Source: a virus
Lineage: Duplodnaviria; Heunggongvirae; Uroviricota; Caudoviricetes
DNA length: 64,000 nt
IMG/VR virus record: IMGVR_UViG_3300008108_000006
Direction: 5' to 3' (one strand)
The notes below the pieces were generated by a model that did not search any database, had not been told where the DNA came from, and saw only the letters and a program-made list of their open reading frames with translations. Each line of letters begins with the position of its first letter. The stretch's first letter is position 1. Both the position numbers and the translations under genes were made by a program. Shown here one piece after another: positions 9,696 to 19,823 of the stretch.

Positions 9696-10541
9696 ATGAA
9701 ATCAACCACTTTAAAATTTGAAAATAATAATCTCCTTGTCACTATTATGGAATCTAGTGATGAGATTATCTTGCAGTATAATTTTACCGACACGTTAAAC
9801 GAAACAAAAAGTAAAACTAAATCCGTAAAATTAAAAAAAGACTCCAAGGGGGATATTAAAAAACTCATTAAGAATTTGGGAACTAAAAAGTTTTCAAAAG
9901 ATGATGTTGAGGATGAAGTTCTAAAAATTAAATCCAAGGGTGAGGTTAAAGAACTGATAGATGATGATGGAAGTTTTGCATCATCAAGAATTCCAATTAT
10001 AGATCCTAGATTGGCACCAAAGAAAACTATGGACCAAACTGTTGCAGCAACTCGTCAAACGATGAATCCTATTTTGAGGGGTTATCGTGTGTATTATGGT
10101 GAATCGGTAGTTAGAGAAACAGATATGTCCGACGCTTTTGGATATGAGGAAACTAAAGACATGAATGGTAAAGAAACATTTAAATATTTCAAAGAGACAT
10201 TAGGGTTGGATCCTATTGAGGCGGTTGAACGAACTAAACAACAAGGAAAAGATCCTTTTGGAAAAAAGACAAAAAACGCACCCAAGAAAATTAGAAAACA
10301 AAAAGGTTTTATTGATAGAATGACATTATCCGAAAAGGAATCTTTAGAAGAAATGGAAAAACAACAAATGTTGGATATGTTAGAAAATTTATTAAAAAAC
10401 AAGTCCGACGATCGTGATATCTATACAAATCATAAAAGTATTTCTAATAATATTAAAAGTCAGATTAAGAAAATTAAAAAACTTGCTGATGAAAATAATA
10501 TAGACCTAAAAAAATTGATAGATTCTTTTTACGATGAATAA
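9696..10541 (+). CDS. Hypothetical protein, possibly capsid-internal
   Basis: 281-aa K/E-rich ORF; late motif upstream. Confidence 0.6.
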   Translation: MKSTTLKFENNNLLVTIMESSDEIILQYNFTDTLNETKSKTKSVKLKKDSKGDIKKLIKNLGTKKFSKDDVEDEVLKIKSKGEVKELIDDDGSFASSRIPIIDPRLAPKKTMDQTVAATRQTMNPILRGYRVYYGESVVRETDMSDAFGYEETKDMNGKETFKYFKETLGLDPIEAVERTKQQGKDPFGKKTKNAPKKIRKQKGFIDRMTLSEKESLEEMEKQQMLDMLENLLKNKSDDRDIYTNHKSISNNIKSQIKKIKKLADENNIDLKKLIDSFYDE

Positions 10542-10992
10542 GAAATTATATGGTAAGGAATTTGAAGTTCCCGGTGAAGTAGTTGAATACTTGGATAAAT
10601 GTTTTAATGCGGTAAAATCTAAGGATGAGTCTGTAGAAGGTTATAAGAGAAATCGTGACCTTGTGAAAAACAAAAAAGTATCATACTCGGTATTAAAAAG
10701 AATAAAGAATTTTTTTGATACCTATCAAGGGAATAAGAAGGACGCACCTTTTGTATTGAATGGTGCAGATTATATGAAGAATTGGGTGGATAGTACATTA
10801 GAACATAGTAGGAGAAATATAAAATCCGCAGACCAACACAGAAAAGATGCAGGTATGGAAACAGAATATGTTGATAAGTTTAGCTCACAACAATTCAAAC
10901 CCCGAGATGTAAAGAAAGATATCACAAACATGGATATACAAGTAACAGAATCTCTTAAAAGAATAAACGAATTAATGAAAAAAATTCTTTAA
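10534..10992 (+). CDS. Hypothetical protein
   Basis: 152-aa ORF overlapping the previous gene; C-terminal VTESLKRINELM. Confidence 0.6.
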   Translation: MNKKLYGKEFEVPGEVVEYLDKCFNAVKSKDESVEGYKRNRDLVKNKKVSYSVLKRIKNFFDTYQGNKKDAPFVLNGADYMKNWVDSTLEHSRRNIKSADQHRKDAGMETEYVDKFSSQQFKPRDVKKDITNMDIQVTESLKRINELMKKIL

Positions 10993-10993
10993 T

Positions 10994-11287
10994 ATGGCAT
11001 ATGAACCTTTAGATTTCTCACAACCAAATAACGAGTTGTCAAGAATCGCAGAAGAACAAAGAAAAAGATTAATACCAAGAAACGATTTCAAACCATTGGT
11101 TAATGAATATTCACAAACAAATCCTGACGCTGTTGCGGATGGAGATGACATGGGTAGGGGAACCGGTGCTTACTTGGATGTTCATAATGAAAATGGTGGA
11201 ACAATCATTGACATTAATGAAAGAAAAAATGAAATCAAAATTAATAAATATAAAAAAGCTAATCCATACACAATACCATCCGATTAA
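10994..11287 (+). CDS. Hypothetical protein
   Basis: 97-aa ORF in an operon-like arrangement. Confidence 0.6.
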   Translation: MAYEPLDFSQPNNELSRIAEEQRKRLIPRNDFKPLVNEYSQTNPDAVADGDDMGRGTGAYLDVHNENGGTIIDINERKNEIKINKYKKANPYTIPSD

Positions 11288-11694
11288 TGAAACTACTTAA
11301 GATCTTCAAATCACTAATTACCGAACAGGCTAGTATTGATACAATTACCGATGCTATCAAGAAGAAAAAAGTGCTCATCATTTACTATGATGGTGATGAA
11401 CCCGGAGGACGAGGACTTCGTGAAATAGAACCGGTATGTTACGGATATTCAAAAGCGAATAACCCCGTTTTACGTGCTTGGGATAGGGAGGGTGCGTCAC
11501 ATAGAGGATATAAGGGTGAAAAACCTTTACCCTCTTGGAGATTTTTTAGGTTAGATAAAATTCAATCAGTCAAACCAACAGGAGAAAATTTTACAGAAAT
11601 GAGACCAAATTTTAATCCAAGTGGTGACAAAAGTATGAATCGTGTTATAATTGTTGCTAAGTTCGATAATCCCGTACAAACAGCTGAAGTATGA
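11287..11694 (+). CDS. Stand-alone WYL-domain protein
   Basis: AIKKKKVLIIYY...REIEPVCYG...LRAW...WRFFRLDKI; no HTH domain. Confidence 0.75.
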   Translation: MKLLKIFKSLITEQASIDTITDAIKKKKVLIIYYDGDEPGGRGLREIEPVCYGYSKANNPVLRAWDREGASHRGYKGEKPLPSWRFFRLDKIQSVKPTGENFTEMRPNFNPSGDKSMNRVIIVAKFDNPVQTAEV

Positions 11695-12266
11695 ATACAG
11701 AAAATGAATTAATTCAAAAACTTATGGTATCAAAAGCCATAATGGACAAACATCAAGGAATCAAACGAGGTAGTGTAGATTCTTTGGCATTAACAAATAA
11801 TATCCCAACCGTAGAAGGTTATGAATCGGTAAATGCTTCTTACAACATTCCACAAGAATTAATGTCAGAAGTTCAAATACCCACACCAACAAAACCATCG
11901 GGTCCCGTTACAAAAGAAAAAGTTTTAGGATCAAAACTACCCGATGAAATTAAAAGATTAATGTTAGAACATCCAATCTCACAACCACAACAATTTAGCC
12001 CAACATTATCCGACGAAGTTGTTGAGAAAGCGTCTAGATTGATGGGTACAAAAAAACCTGTAAATGAAACAGTAACACCAAAACAACAAACTATTATCAG
12101 AGAACAAGAAAATATTGATATAAAAAAGTTAATGGTAGAAACAGTTAAAGAGGTGTTGAAAGAATCAGGATTAATTGGTGGTCAAAACACAAAAGACACC
12201 ATAACCATTAAGGTAGGAAACCACATCTTCCAAGGGACCATAAATAAAATTAAAAAAGTTCCTTAA
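11691..12266 (+). CDS. Hypothetical protein
   Basis: 191-aa ORF followed by a terminator. Confidence 0.6.
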   Translation: MNTENELIQKLMVSKAIMDKHQGIKRGSVDSLALTNNIPTVEGYESVNASYNIPQELMSEVQIPTPTKPSGPVTKEKVLGSKLPDEIKRLMLEHPISQPQQFSPTLSDEVVEKASRLMGTKKPVNETVTPKQQTIIREQENIDIKKLMVETVKEVLKESGLIGGQNTKDTITIKVGNHIFQGTINKIKKVP

Positions 12267-12269
12267 CAT

Positions 12270-12295
12270 AAACCCCGAAATATCGGGGTTTTTTT
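12270..12295 (+). terminator. Rho-independent terminator
   Basis: AAACCCCGA-AATA-TCGGGGTTT followed by a T-tract. Confidence 0.85.
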
Positions 12296-12343
12296 ATTTT
12301 ACTAATCACCATTTTTTTGTTATACTTTATAAAATTATTTTTT

Positions 12344-13561
12344 ATGAGTAAATCAAAAATTAAAGTATTAGTGATCCCATCAGATCGAACAGGTGTTGGT
12401 AAATTTCGTTCGGTAGATCCACACGTTTTCTTACAAAACCTATACCCTGAAGACTTCCACGTAGATATTGACTACAATCCAAACATGCAAGATATCCCAT
12501 TTTGGATGAATTATCAAATAGTTCATATACACAGAGTTATCGCAGGAAAATACGAAGAAACTGAAAATTTTATAAGAATATTAAAAACATTAGGGATAAT
12601 TACTATTGTTGATATTGATGATTATTGGTTACCAACAAGAGAACATCCTATACATGATATTATTCGTGTAAATAAAATTCACGAAAAAATTATCTCTATC
12701 TTAAAAGTGGCTGATTGGGTTACAACCACCACAACATTTTTTGTTGAGGAAATTAAAAAATACAACAAAAATGTAACAATTTTTCCAAACGCAATTAATC
12801 CAAAAGAACCGCAATTTAATGAACCTACAAAACCTTATGATAAGTTAAGAATTGGATGGTTGGGTGGTTCATCACACTTACATGACTTAATGTTCTTGGG
12901 GGATTGTTTTAATAAAGTAAATCCGATAAAGGACAAAATGCAAGTTTATATTTGTGGGTTTGATACTCGTGGAACCATGACAGAAATTAATGAACAAACC
13001 GGAGAACAAAAACAAAGACCGATTAAACCCGAAGAAACTGTTTGGTTTGAATATGAAAAAATATTCACAAGTAACTATTCCTTAATTTCTGAAGATTATA
13101 GAAAAGAACTAATGAAGTTCAAACCCGAACTTATTGGTAATTTTTCCGATGAATACTATCAAAGAGTTTGGACCAAACCTGTTACGTCATACGCAAAAAA
13201 TTATTCTAAATTTGATGTTTCTTTAGCACCAATTAAAGATCATATTTTTAATAGGGTTAAATCACAACTTAAAGTAATTGAAGCAGGGTTCTATAAGAAA
13301 GCTATTATTGCTTCAAATGTTGGACCATATACCATAGACTTGAAACATTGCTTGGAAAATGGTAACATTGTAGATGGGAACGCACTTTTGGTTGATGAAC
13401 ACCGAAACCATAGTGATTGGTTTAAATATGTTAAGAAATTAGTTGAAAACCCTAATATGGCATTTGATATGGGTCAAAGATTGTATGAAACGGTTAAGGA
13501 CACTTATGATTTGAATCAAGTAACCAAAACAAGAGCAGAATGGTATAAAACTTTAGTATAA
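12344..13561 (+). CDS. GT-B (GT4-like) glycosyltransferase
   Basis: VDIDDYW, IGWLGGSSH, FDVSLAPI...FNRVKSQLKVIEAG, IIASNVGPY; ATG at 12344. Confidence 0.75.
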   Translation: MSKSKIKVLVIPSDRTGVGKFRSVDPHVFLQNLYPEDFHVDIDYNPNMQDIPFWMNYQIVHIHRVIAGKYEETENFIRILKTLGIITIVDIDDYWLPTREHPIHDIIRVNKIHEKIISILKVADWVTTTTTFFVEEIKKYNKNVTIFPNAINPKEPQFNEPTKPYDKLRIGWLGGSSHLHDLMFLGDCFNKVNPIKDKMQVYICGFDTRGTMTEINEQTGEQKQRPIKPEETVWFEYEKIFTSNYSLISEDYRKELMKFKPELIGNFSDEYYQRVWTKPVTSYAKNYSKFDVSLAPIKDHIFNRVKSQLKVIEAGFYKKAIIASNVGPYTIDLKHCLENGNIVDGNALLVDEHRNHSDWFKYVKKLVENPNMAFDMGQRLYETVKDTYDLNQVTKTRAEWYKTLV

Positions 13562-14259
13562 TGATAAACGCACCTCTAACAAAACTGTTGTTCCTTGACA
13601 TTGAAACTGTCGGGACTGAAAAGGATTTTTTCCATTTCACAAAAAATTACCCAAGAATTTCCGAGTTCTTTATTAAGAACCGATCTTGGTTAGATAAAAG
13701 ATATCCTGAACATCAGGATTCAACCATTGAAGAACTCTATCTAAGTGTATCAGCACTCATTCCTGAATTTGGAAAAATTGTTTGTGTTGCTGCGGGATTT
13801 GAAGATGGTAAAGGTAATTTTGTAACAAAAGTAATTAGTGGTGAAGAAAAACACATTTTAACCGAAACTCATTCCTTACTTAACAAAGTTCAAGGAATGG
13901 GTTTTTGGATTTGTGGTCATAATGTAAAATCATTTGATATTCCATATATCATTAAGAGAAGTTTGATGAATGGAATCAAACCATCATCATTACTACCAAC
14001 ACCTGACACCAAACCTTGGGAAGTAAAAGCGGTAGATACAAAAGAATTTTGGCAGTTGGGTAATTATACCTCACTATGTTCATTAGATTTAATGTGTGCA
14101 TCTATGGATGTTGAATCTTCTAAGGATGGTGAAGTAACGGGTAATAACTTACATTTTTCGTATTGGAATACGGACAGTCAAGAAAAAATAAACGAATACT
14201 GCGAAAAAGACATCAAAGTATTGTATCAAGTTGTAAAGAAATTTTATGAGCTTAAATGA
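13561..14259 (+). CDS. DnaQ/PolB-type 3'-5' exonuclease
   Basis: LDIET (ExoI), GHNVKSFDIPY (ExoII), YCEKD (ExoIII). Confidence 0.85.
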   Translation: MINAPLTKLLFLDIETVGTEKDFFHFTKNYPRISEFFIKNRSWLDKRYPEHQDSTIEELYLSVSALIPEFGKIVCVAAGFEDGKGNFVTKVISGEEKHILTETHSLLNKVQGMGFWICGHNVKSFDIPYIIKRSLMNGIKPSSLLPTPDTKPWEVKAVDTKEFWQLGNYTSLCSLDLMCASMDVESSKDGEVTGNNLHFSYWNTDSQEKINEYCEKDIKVLYQVVKKFYELK

Positions 14260-14887
14260 GAATGAAAACTTCCAAGATGATTTTAACTTGGAAAATGATG
14301 AAGAATTTATACAAATCCAACAAGAACTTGCGAATCTTTTGGAAAAATTACAGAATGGGGAATCTTTAGAATTTTTACCAGGTGAAGACCCATTTAATTT
14401 AATCAGTTCATTGGAACCTTCGGATATGGATACCATTCCATTAGGTTATGAATTTTTGATTAATGATGAAGTACTAAAAAACCAAATTACTCCTATGTAT
14501 AACTATGAGAGTGATTCAGGTTTTGATTTATTTAATGCAGGTCCTCACATAACTATAGAACCTCTCGGAAGAACCTTAGTACCCACAGGTATTAGATTAA
14601 ATATTCCAATAAATTGTGAAATTCAAATAAGACCAAAAAGTGGTTTGGCTTTAAAACAAGGACTTACTGTATTAAATACACCGGGAACTGTTGATCAGGG
14701 ATATACTGGTGAAATACAAGTGATTATATTTAATACCACAAACCAACAAGTATCAATACCAACCGGTATGAAAATTGCTCAAGCGGTTCTATGTCCTGTT
14801 TTTCAGGGTAAGAGTGTTAGTTTACTTGAGCGAAATGTTAGTGAGGGTGAAAGATCCGATAATGGTTTCGGGAGCACAGGAATATGA
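14246..14887 (+). CDS. dut: Trimeric dUTPase with acidic N-terminal extension
   Basis: SGFDL, RPKSG, GTVDQGYTGE, IAQ, GFGSTG motifs. Confidence 0.92.
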   Translation: MSLNENENFQDDFNLENDEEFIQIQQELANLLEKLQNGESLEFLPGEDPFNLISSLEPSDMDTIPLGYEFLINDEVLKNQITPMYNYESDSGFDLFNAGPHITIEPLGRTLVPTGIRLNIPINCEIQIRPKSGLALKQGLTVLNTPGTVDQGYTGEIQVIIFNTTNQQVSIPTGMKIAQAVLCPVFQGKSVSLLERNVSEGERSDNGFGSTGI

Positions 14888-16092
14888 TTACAATAGGATA
14901 TAGTACAAGAAGTCATAAACCTGAGTTTATTGAATACTTAAAAAGTGCTGCTGGTCACCCAAAGGTACAAATCATTGAGAAAGTGAATAATGGTGAAAAA
15001 TCACTAAACCAAGTTTATAATGAGATTATTGAAGAATCGGAATTTGAGATTGTTGTGTTATGTCACGACGATATTTATTTTGATTCTAAAAATTTGGTAA
15101 AAAAGATTCAAAAACATTTTGATAAAACAGATTTTGGTATTTTAGGTGTTGCGGGAACAACTCAATTACCTAAATCCGGTATGTGGTGGGAAAACCGAAA
15201 AAAAATGTGTGGTATTGTTAATCACGAACACAATGGTAATAAATGGGAAAGTAGGTATTGTGACGACATTAATAATCAAATTAAATCGGTATGCTTAATA
15301 GATGGTTTATTTATTGCATTACATAAAAGTAGAATTAAAGAAAAATTTAATTCGGAATTAGAAGGGTTTCACTTTTATGATGTTTATTTTAGTTTCAGAA
15401 ATTTTCAAAAGGGGGTTAAAATAGGTGTTATATTTGACGTAAGGATTACACATCTTTCCATTGGAATGACTAATGAAAGTTGGGAATTAAATAGGAAAAA
15501 ATTTGTGGAAGAATATCAAACATTATTACCCGTGAGTTCAAAACCACACGACGATGAAAAACTTAAAATAATGATCCCTTTTACTAGTCAAAAAACTAAC
15601 AAAGAAAAAGATGATTTTATCGAATCTTTATGTGACTCTTTAAGAAAGTTTGGACATGATGTTTCAGTTGTTACTGAACAAGGAACAAGAATGTCATTAA
15701 TAATTAAGAATAAAGGTTTCAAATTATATCCAATAACCGAACCACCAGGATTTAAATTGGGTGATGGTAAATTTTCAGTCCAAACTAATGAAGGAATGGT
15801 ATTATCTAAAATTAATGAACTATACCCTATTAAAGAAGTTACTTACGATTTTATTTTATGTGTAGATACAATGATTTGTAAATATATTAATTTGATTTAC
15901 AATCAAATTGATAAAATTCAGTTAATAACAAATTTTAATAAAAATGAAAATAAATTTGAGAATAATATATCAAATAAACTTATTGTATCTGATAACGATA
16001 TTAAAGATCACTTAATAGAAGTTTATGAGATTGAAAACAAAATAACTGTTGGTGATATAATAAACGATTATAAGTTAATTTACAATGATTAA
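14884..16092 (+). CDS. Glycosyltransferase (GT2-like N-domain plus partial GT-B domain)
   Basis: YNE...VLCHDDI, GVAG, IDGLF, FHFYD. Confidence 0.7.
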   Translation: MITIGYSTRSHKPEFIEYLKSAAGHPKVQIIEKVNNGEKSLNQVYNEIIEESEFEIVVLCHDDIYFDSKNLVKKIQKHFDKTDFGILGVAGTTQLPKSGMWWENRKKMCGIVNHEHNGNKWESRYCDDINNQIKSVCLIDGLFIALHKSRIKEKFNSELEGFHFYDVYFSFRNFQKGVKIGVIFDVRITHLSIGMTNESWELNRKKFVEEYQTLLPVSSKPHDDEKLKIMIPFTSQKTNKEKDDFIESLCDSLRKFGHDVSVVTEQGTRMSLIIKNKGFKLYPITEPPGFKLGDGKFSVQTNEGMVLSKINELYPIKEVTYDFILCVDTMICKYINLIYNQIDKIQLITNFNKNENKFENNISNKLIVSDNDIKDHLIEVYEIENKITVGDIINDYKLIYND

Positions 16093-16867
16093 AATTTTAA
16101 CTGGTTGGTCTAATGAAGGTGGTTCTACAACCGCATTTATAAATCTAACTAACGCATTTAATGAAAGAGGTATTGATTGTATTCTTTATGGTCCTCATGA
16201 ATGGCATTTGAACAAATGTAGGTCAGATCTTAGTAAAAATTTTAAGATGGATGTTAATGATAATGTTATTTTTCATTTTGTATCAATAGAAAACCGACCT
16301 AACGTTAAAAAAGTAATACTATCTTGTCACGAAACAAATGTTTTTGAAGTTTCAAAAGTTAAAAGATTTTGGGATGAAGTAGTATTTGTAACAAAAGACC
16401 AAAGATCTTATCACAAAGATTATAATGGTCCTTTTAGAATTATTCCAAATATAATTGAAGATATAAAGGTAAATAAAAAAGAAAATTTAGATAAAATTGC
16501 AGCAGTGATAGGATCCATTGATCAAAATAAACAAACACACGTTTCAATTTTTAGAGCACTTAAAGACCAATGTGAAAAAATATTATTATTTGGTAAAATA
16601 ACCGATAATGAGTACTTCAACACACAGATTAAACCACTGCTAAGTGACAGAGTCCAATATATGGGGTTTGTTGAAAATAAAAGTGATATTTACGATAATG
16701 TAGGTAGGGTCTATCTTTCCTCAAAAAAAGAAGTTGCACCATTAGTGAGAGATGAATGTTTAACGACAGATACTAAGTTTTTCGGTAATGATATGACTAA
16801 TGGTAACCATTATGATTTCACTAATGATGATATCATAGAATTATGGTGTAATATATTCAATATTTGA
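16085..16867 (+). CDS. GT-B (GT4-like) glycosyltransferase
   Basis: GGSTTA, IGSIDQNK, YMGF, SSKKE. Confidence 0.6.
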   Translation: MIKILTGWSNEGGSTTAFINLTNAFNERGIDCILYGPHEWHLNKCRSDLSKNFKMDVNDNVIFHFVSIENRPNVKKVILSCHETNVFEVSKVKRFWDEVVFVTKDQRSYHKDYNGPFRIIPNIIEDIKVNKKENLDKIAAVIGSIDQNKQTHVSIFRALKDQCEKILLFGKITDNEYFNTQIKPLLSDRVQYMGFVENKSDIYDNVGRVYLSSKKEVAPLVRDECLTTDTKFFGNDMTNGNHYDFTNDDIIELWCNIFNI

Positions 16868-16868
16868 C

Positions 16869-17546
16869 ATGGTTATAGGTAATGGGTTAATCAGGTGTAT
16901 TTTTTCATCTTTTACAAAAAATGATGAAATAATTATTTTTGCTTCCGGGGTTTCTAACTCGAAAGAATCTAACAAGAATGAATTTGATAGAGAAGAAAAA
17001 TTATTAAAAACAACTATTTCAGAAAATCCTGAAAAAAAAATAATTTATTTTAGTACTGTTTTTATTGAAAATGTTAAAAACATGTATTATGAACATAAAA
17101 AAAATATTGAAGAATATATAAAAAATAATTGTGAAAATTATTTGATAATAAGATTACCTCAAGTTGTCGGTTATCTTGGTAATAACAACAACCTTTTTAA
17201 TTTCTTAAAGCAAAAGATAAAAAACTGTGAGGTTTTGAATATTGATTCACTTGCCATTAGATCATTAATAGACATTGACGACGTATATAAAATAACCAAA
17301 ACATTAATAACTGAAGAGTCTAACCAAATCATTAATATAAAAGGAATTGAGGATATCTATGTTTCAGAAATTGTTGATGAAATGTATAATATTTTAGGCG
17401 GTGAAAAAAAAGTCATATATTACAAGGGAGATAATAAAACTATCATCCTCAATAATTCCGAATTGATTGACAAAATAATAAATAACCTGTATATTAATAA
17501 AACAGGATATACTAAAAATTTAATAAAAAAATATTGTTTAATATGA
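16869..17546 (+). CDS. NAD-dependent epimerase/dehydratase-like protein
   Basis: IGNGLI, FASGVSNS, YFST, YxxHK. Confidence 0.7.
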   Translation: MVIGNGLIRCIFSSFTKNDEIIIFASGVSNSKESNKNEFDREEKLLKTTISENPEKKIIYFSTVFIENVKNMYYEHKKNIEEYIKNNCENYLIIRLPQVVGYLGNNNNLFNFLKQKIKNCEVLNIDSLAIRSLIDIDDVYKITKTLITEESNQIINIKGIEDIYVSEIVDEMYNILGGEKKVIYYKGDNKTIILNNSELIDKIINNLYINKTGYTKNLIKKYCLI

Positions 17547-18265
17547 TAGTTTTAACGGGATTTTACAATGCTGAAAAATATGTTCAGAGATCAATTTTAT
17601 CAATAATGACTCAAACATATAAAGACTTTACTTGCTATATCACTTCTGATAGATCAACGGATAATTCAATAAATTTAATTAGACAATTAATTAAAAATGA
17701 TCCAAGATTTATTATTGTTGAAGACTCCGATATTAAGTTATACCAAACCGGAAATTTTGACAAGGTAATACGAAATAATCCAAACATTAAAGATGATGAT
17801 GTATTAGTTGAGGTAGATGGTGACGATTGGTTACCTGATTCATATGTGTTTGAAAGAATAAATAAACTTTACGAAGATAAAGATGTTTGGATTGCAAATG
17901 GTAGTTTTAAATATTCTTCGGGTCAACCAGGGTTTTCAAGTCCTCAAAAAAATTTTGATAACCTAAGAAATTCCGTGTTTACAGCATCACACATACGAAC
18001 ATGGAGAGCATTTTTATGGAGAAATATTAAAGAAGAGGATCTTAGAGATGAGGATGGAAATTATTGGCAATGGAGTGGTGATTTGTGTTTTATGTTTCCT
18101 ATGTTAGAAATGGCGGGAGAATCCCACTATAGATTTATGAATGAAGTAAATTACGTTTATAACGCGGAAAACCCAATTAATGAACACAAAGTAGATATTG
18201 AGATGGTAAATGATCACGCTAAAAGAATTAGATCTAAAGAAAAATACGAAAGGTTGGTAAGGTGA
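17534..18265 (+). CDS. GT2 glycosyltransferase
   Basis: YNAEKY, QTY, STD, VDGDDW. Confidence 0.8.
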   Translation: MFNMIVLTGFYNAEKYVQRSILSIMTQTYKDFTCYITSDRSTDNSINLIRQLIKNDPRFIIVEDSDIKLYQTGNFDKVIRNNPNIKDDDVLVEVDGDDWLPDSYVFERINKLYEDKDVWIANGSFKYSSGQPGFSSPQKNFDNLRNSVFTASHIRTWRAFLWRNIKEEDLRDEDGNYWQWSGDLCFMFPMLEMAGESHYRFMNEVNYVYNAENPINEHKVDIEMVNDHAKRIRSKEKYERLVR

Positions 18266-19053
18266 TTAGTTGTCGTCTACAAGGAGGGTTAGGTAATCAG
18301 ATGTTTCAAATTGCAACAACCTATTCTATGGCGTTAGATAATAACGATACTTGTTGTTTTGATTTTGACGCGTGTTACACTCCTAATCAGGGAGAAACCG
18401 CCACCAAATACAAAGAGGTTTTTTTTAAAAATGTTACCGACCAAAAAGGGTTTAATTATCAAAAGTATTATACAGAAACAGGTTTTATTTATCGAGATAT
18501 AGAATATGATAATAATTTATTATTAAATGGTTCTTTTCAATCTCATAAATACTTTCATCATAATTTTGAAAAAATAATCGAAATAATAACAATCCCTGAT
18601 TCATATAAAAATAAAGTTTATGATGTTTTTGGGGATTTATTAATGTCAGATAAACCTTTAGTCTCTGTTCATATTAGGAGAGGTGATTACTTAAGTAAGC
18701 CAGATTATCATTACAATCTACCTAAAGAATACTATAACCGATCAATTGAGAATCTAAAAGATTGTAATTTTATTTTTATATCTGATGATATGAATTGGGT
18801 TAAAGAAAATTTTAATGGTAATAATTTTTTCTTTTCTGAAAGTCAGGATGAAATTTTTGATTTTACTCTAATGTATTTGTGTAAAACAAATATAATTGCA
18901 AATAGTTCTTTTTCTTGGTGGGCAGCATACTTAAATCACAAAAACAAAAATATAATAACACCCAATAAATGGTTAGGTGTTAATGCACCCGAATATAAGT
19001 TAGATGATTTATATTTGAGTGATTGGACAATAATTAATTTACAAGACTTATGA
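18262..19053 (+). CDS. GT11 alpha-1,2-fucosyltransferase-like
   Basis: GGLGNQMFQ, HIRRGDY, SDD, IIANSSFSWWAAYL. Confidence 0.9.
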   Translation: MISCRLQGGLGNQMFQIATTYSMALDNNDTCCFDFDACYTPNQGETATKYKEVFFKNVTDQKGFNYQKYYTETGFIYRDIEYDNNLLLNGSFQSHKYFHHNFEKIIEIITIPDSYKNKVYDVFGDLLMSDKPLVSVHIRRGDYLSKPDYHYNLPKEYYNRSIENLKDCNFIFISDDMNWVKENFNGNNFFFSESQDEIFDFTLMYLCKTNIIANSSFSWWAAYLNHKNKNIITPNKWLGVNAPEYKLDDLYLSDWTIINLQDL

Positions 19054-19778
19054 AAATACACGCACATATTTTGGCTTGGAATGAGGAAAAAATTCTACCA
19101 TATACCTTAGATCACTATAGTGAATTTTGTGAAAAAATATTCATATACGATAACATGTCAACGGACTCGTCAGATGAAATTTATAAAAAATATAAAAAGG
19201 TTGAGGTAATCAAATGGGATAGTGGTGAAACCTTTAATGATTATCAAAATTCTCTAATTAAATCTTTTAATTATAGAAAAAAAAGTAGAACAGGTGATGT
19301 TGATTGGGTTATTTGTTGCGATTGTGATGAGTTCTTATATCATCCTGATTTACTATCTAAATTAAAGGAATACAAAGATCGAGGAATTACAATGCCTTTA
19401 GTTAATGGGTATGATATGTGTTCAGAAGAATTTCCACAATATGATGGAAAAAAGATAACAGATAAAGTAAAAACAGGATCGGATGTTTATGAGCCTTTTA
19501 GTAAAAAAATAATATTTAATCCTAAATTAGACGTTGAATATGGTATGGGTGCTCACGGTTGTAAAGCACCTAATGCTGTTTTTTCTGAAACACCTGACTT
19601 AAAACTTTTGCACTATAAATACTTAGGTAAAAAATATGTCGATGACCTTTATGAAAAAAGAAGATCTAGACTTTCACAGTTTAATCTAAATAACAATTGT
19701 GGAACACACTACTTCATGATGAAAGAAACTTATGAAAAAATGGATAACATCATAAAAACAGGATTCCAACCAATCTAA
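19050..19778 (+). CDS. GT2-like glycosyltransferase
   Basis: WNEE, YDNMSTD, WVICCDCDEF, LLHYKY. Confidence 0.75.
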   Translation: MKIHAHILAWNEEKILPYTLDHYSEFCEKIFIYDNMSTDSSDEIYKKYKKVEVIKWDSGETFNDYQNSLIKSFNYRKKSRTGDVDWVICCDCDEFLYHPDLLSKLKEYKDRGITMPLVNGYDMCSEEFPQYDGKKITDKVKTGSDVYEPFSKKIIFNPKLDVEYGMGAHGCKAPNAVFSETPDLKLLHYKYLGKKYVDDLYEKRRSRLSQFNLNNNCGTHYFMMKETYEKMDNIIKTGFQPI

Positions 19779-19823
19779 CATATTTACTACTAAGATATTT
19801 TTTAATATTATTAAATAAAAAAA

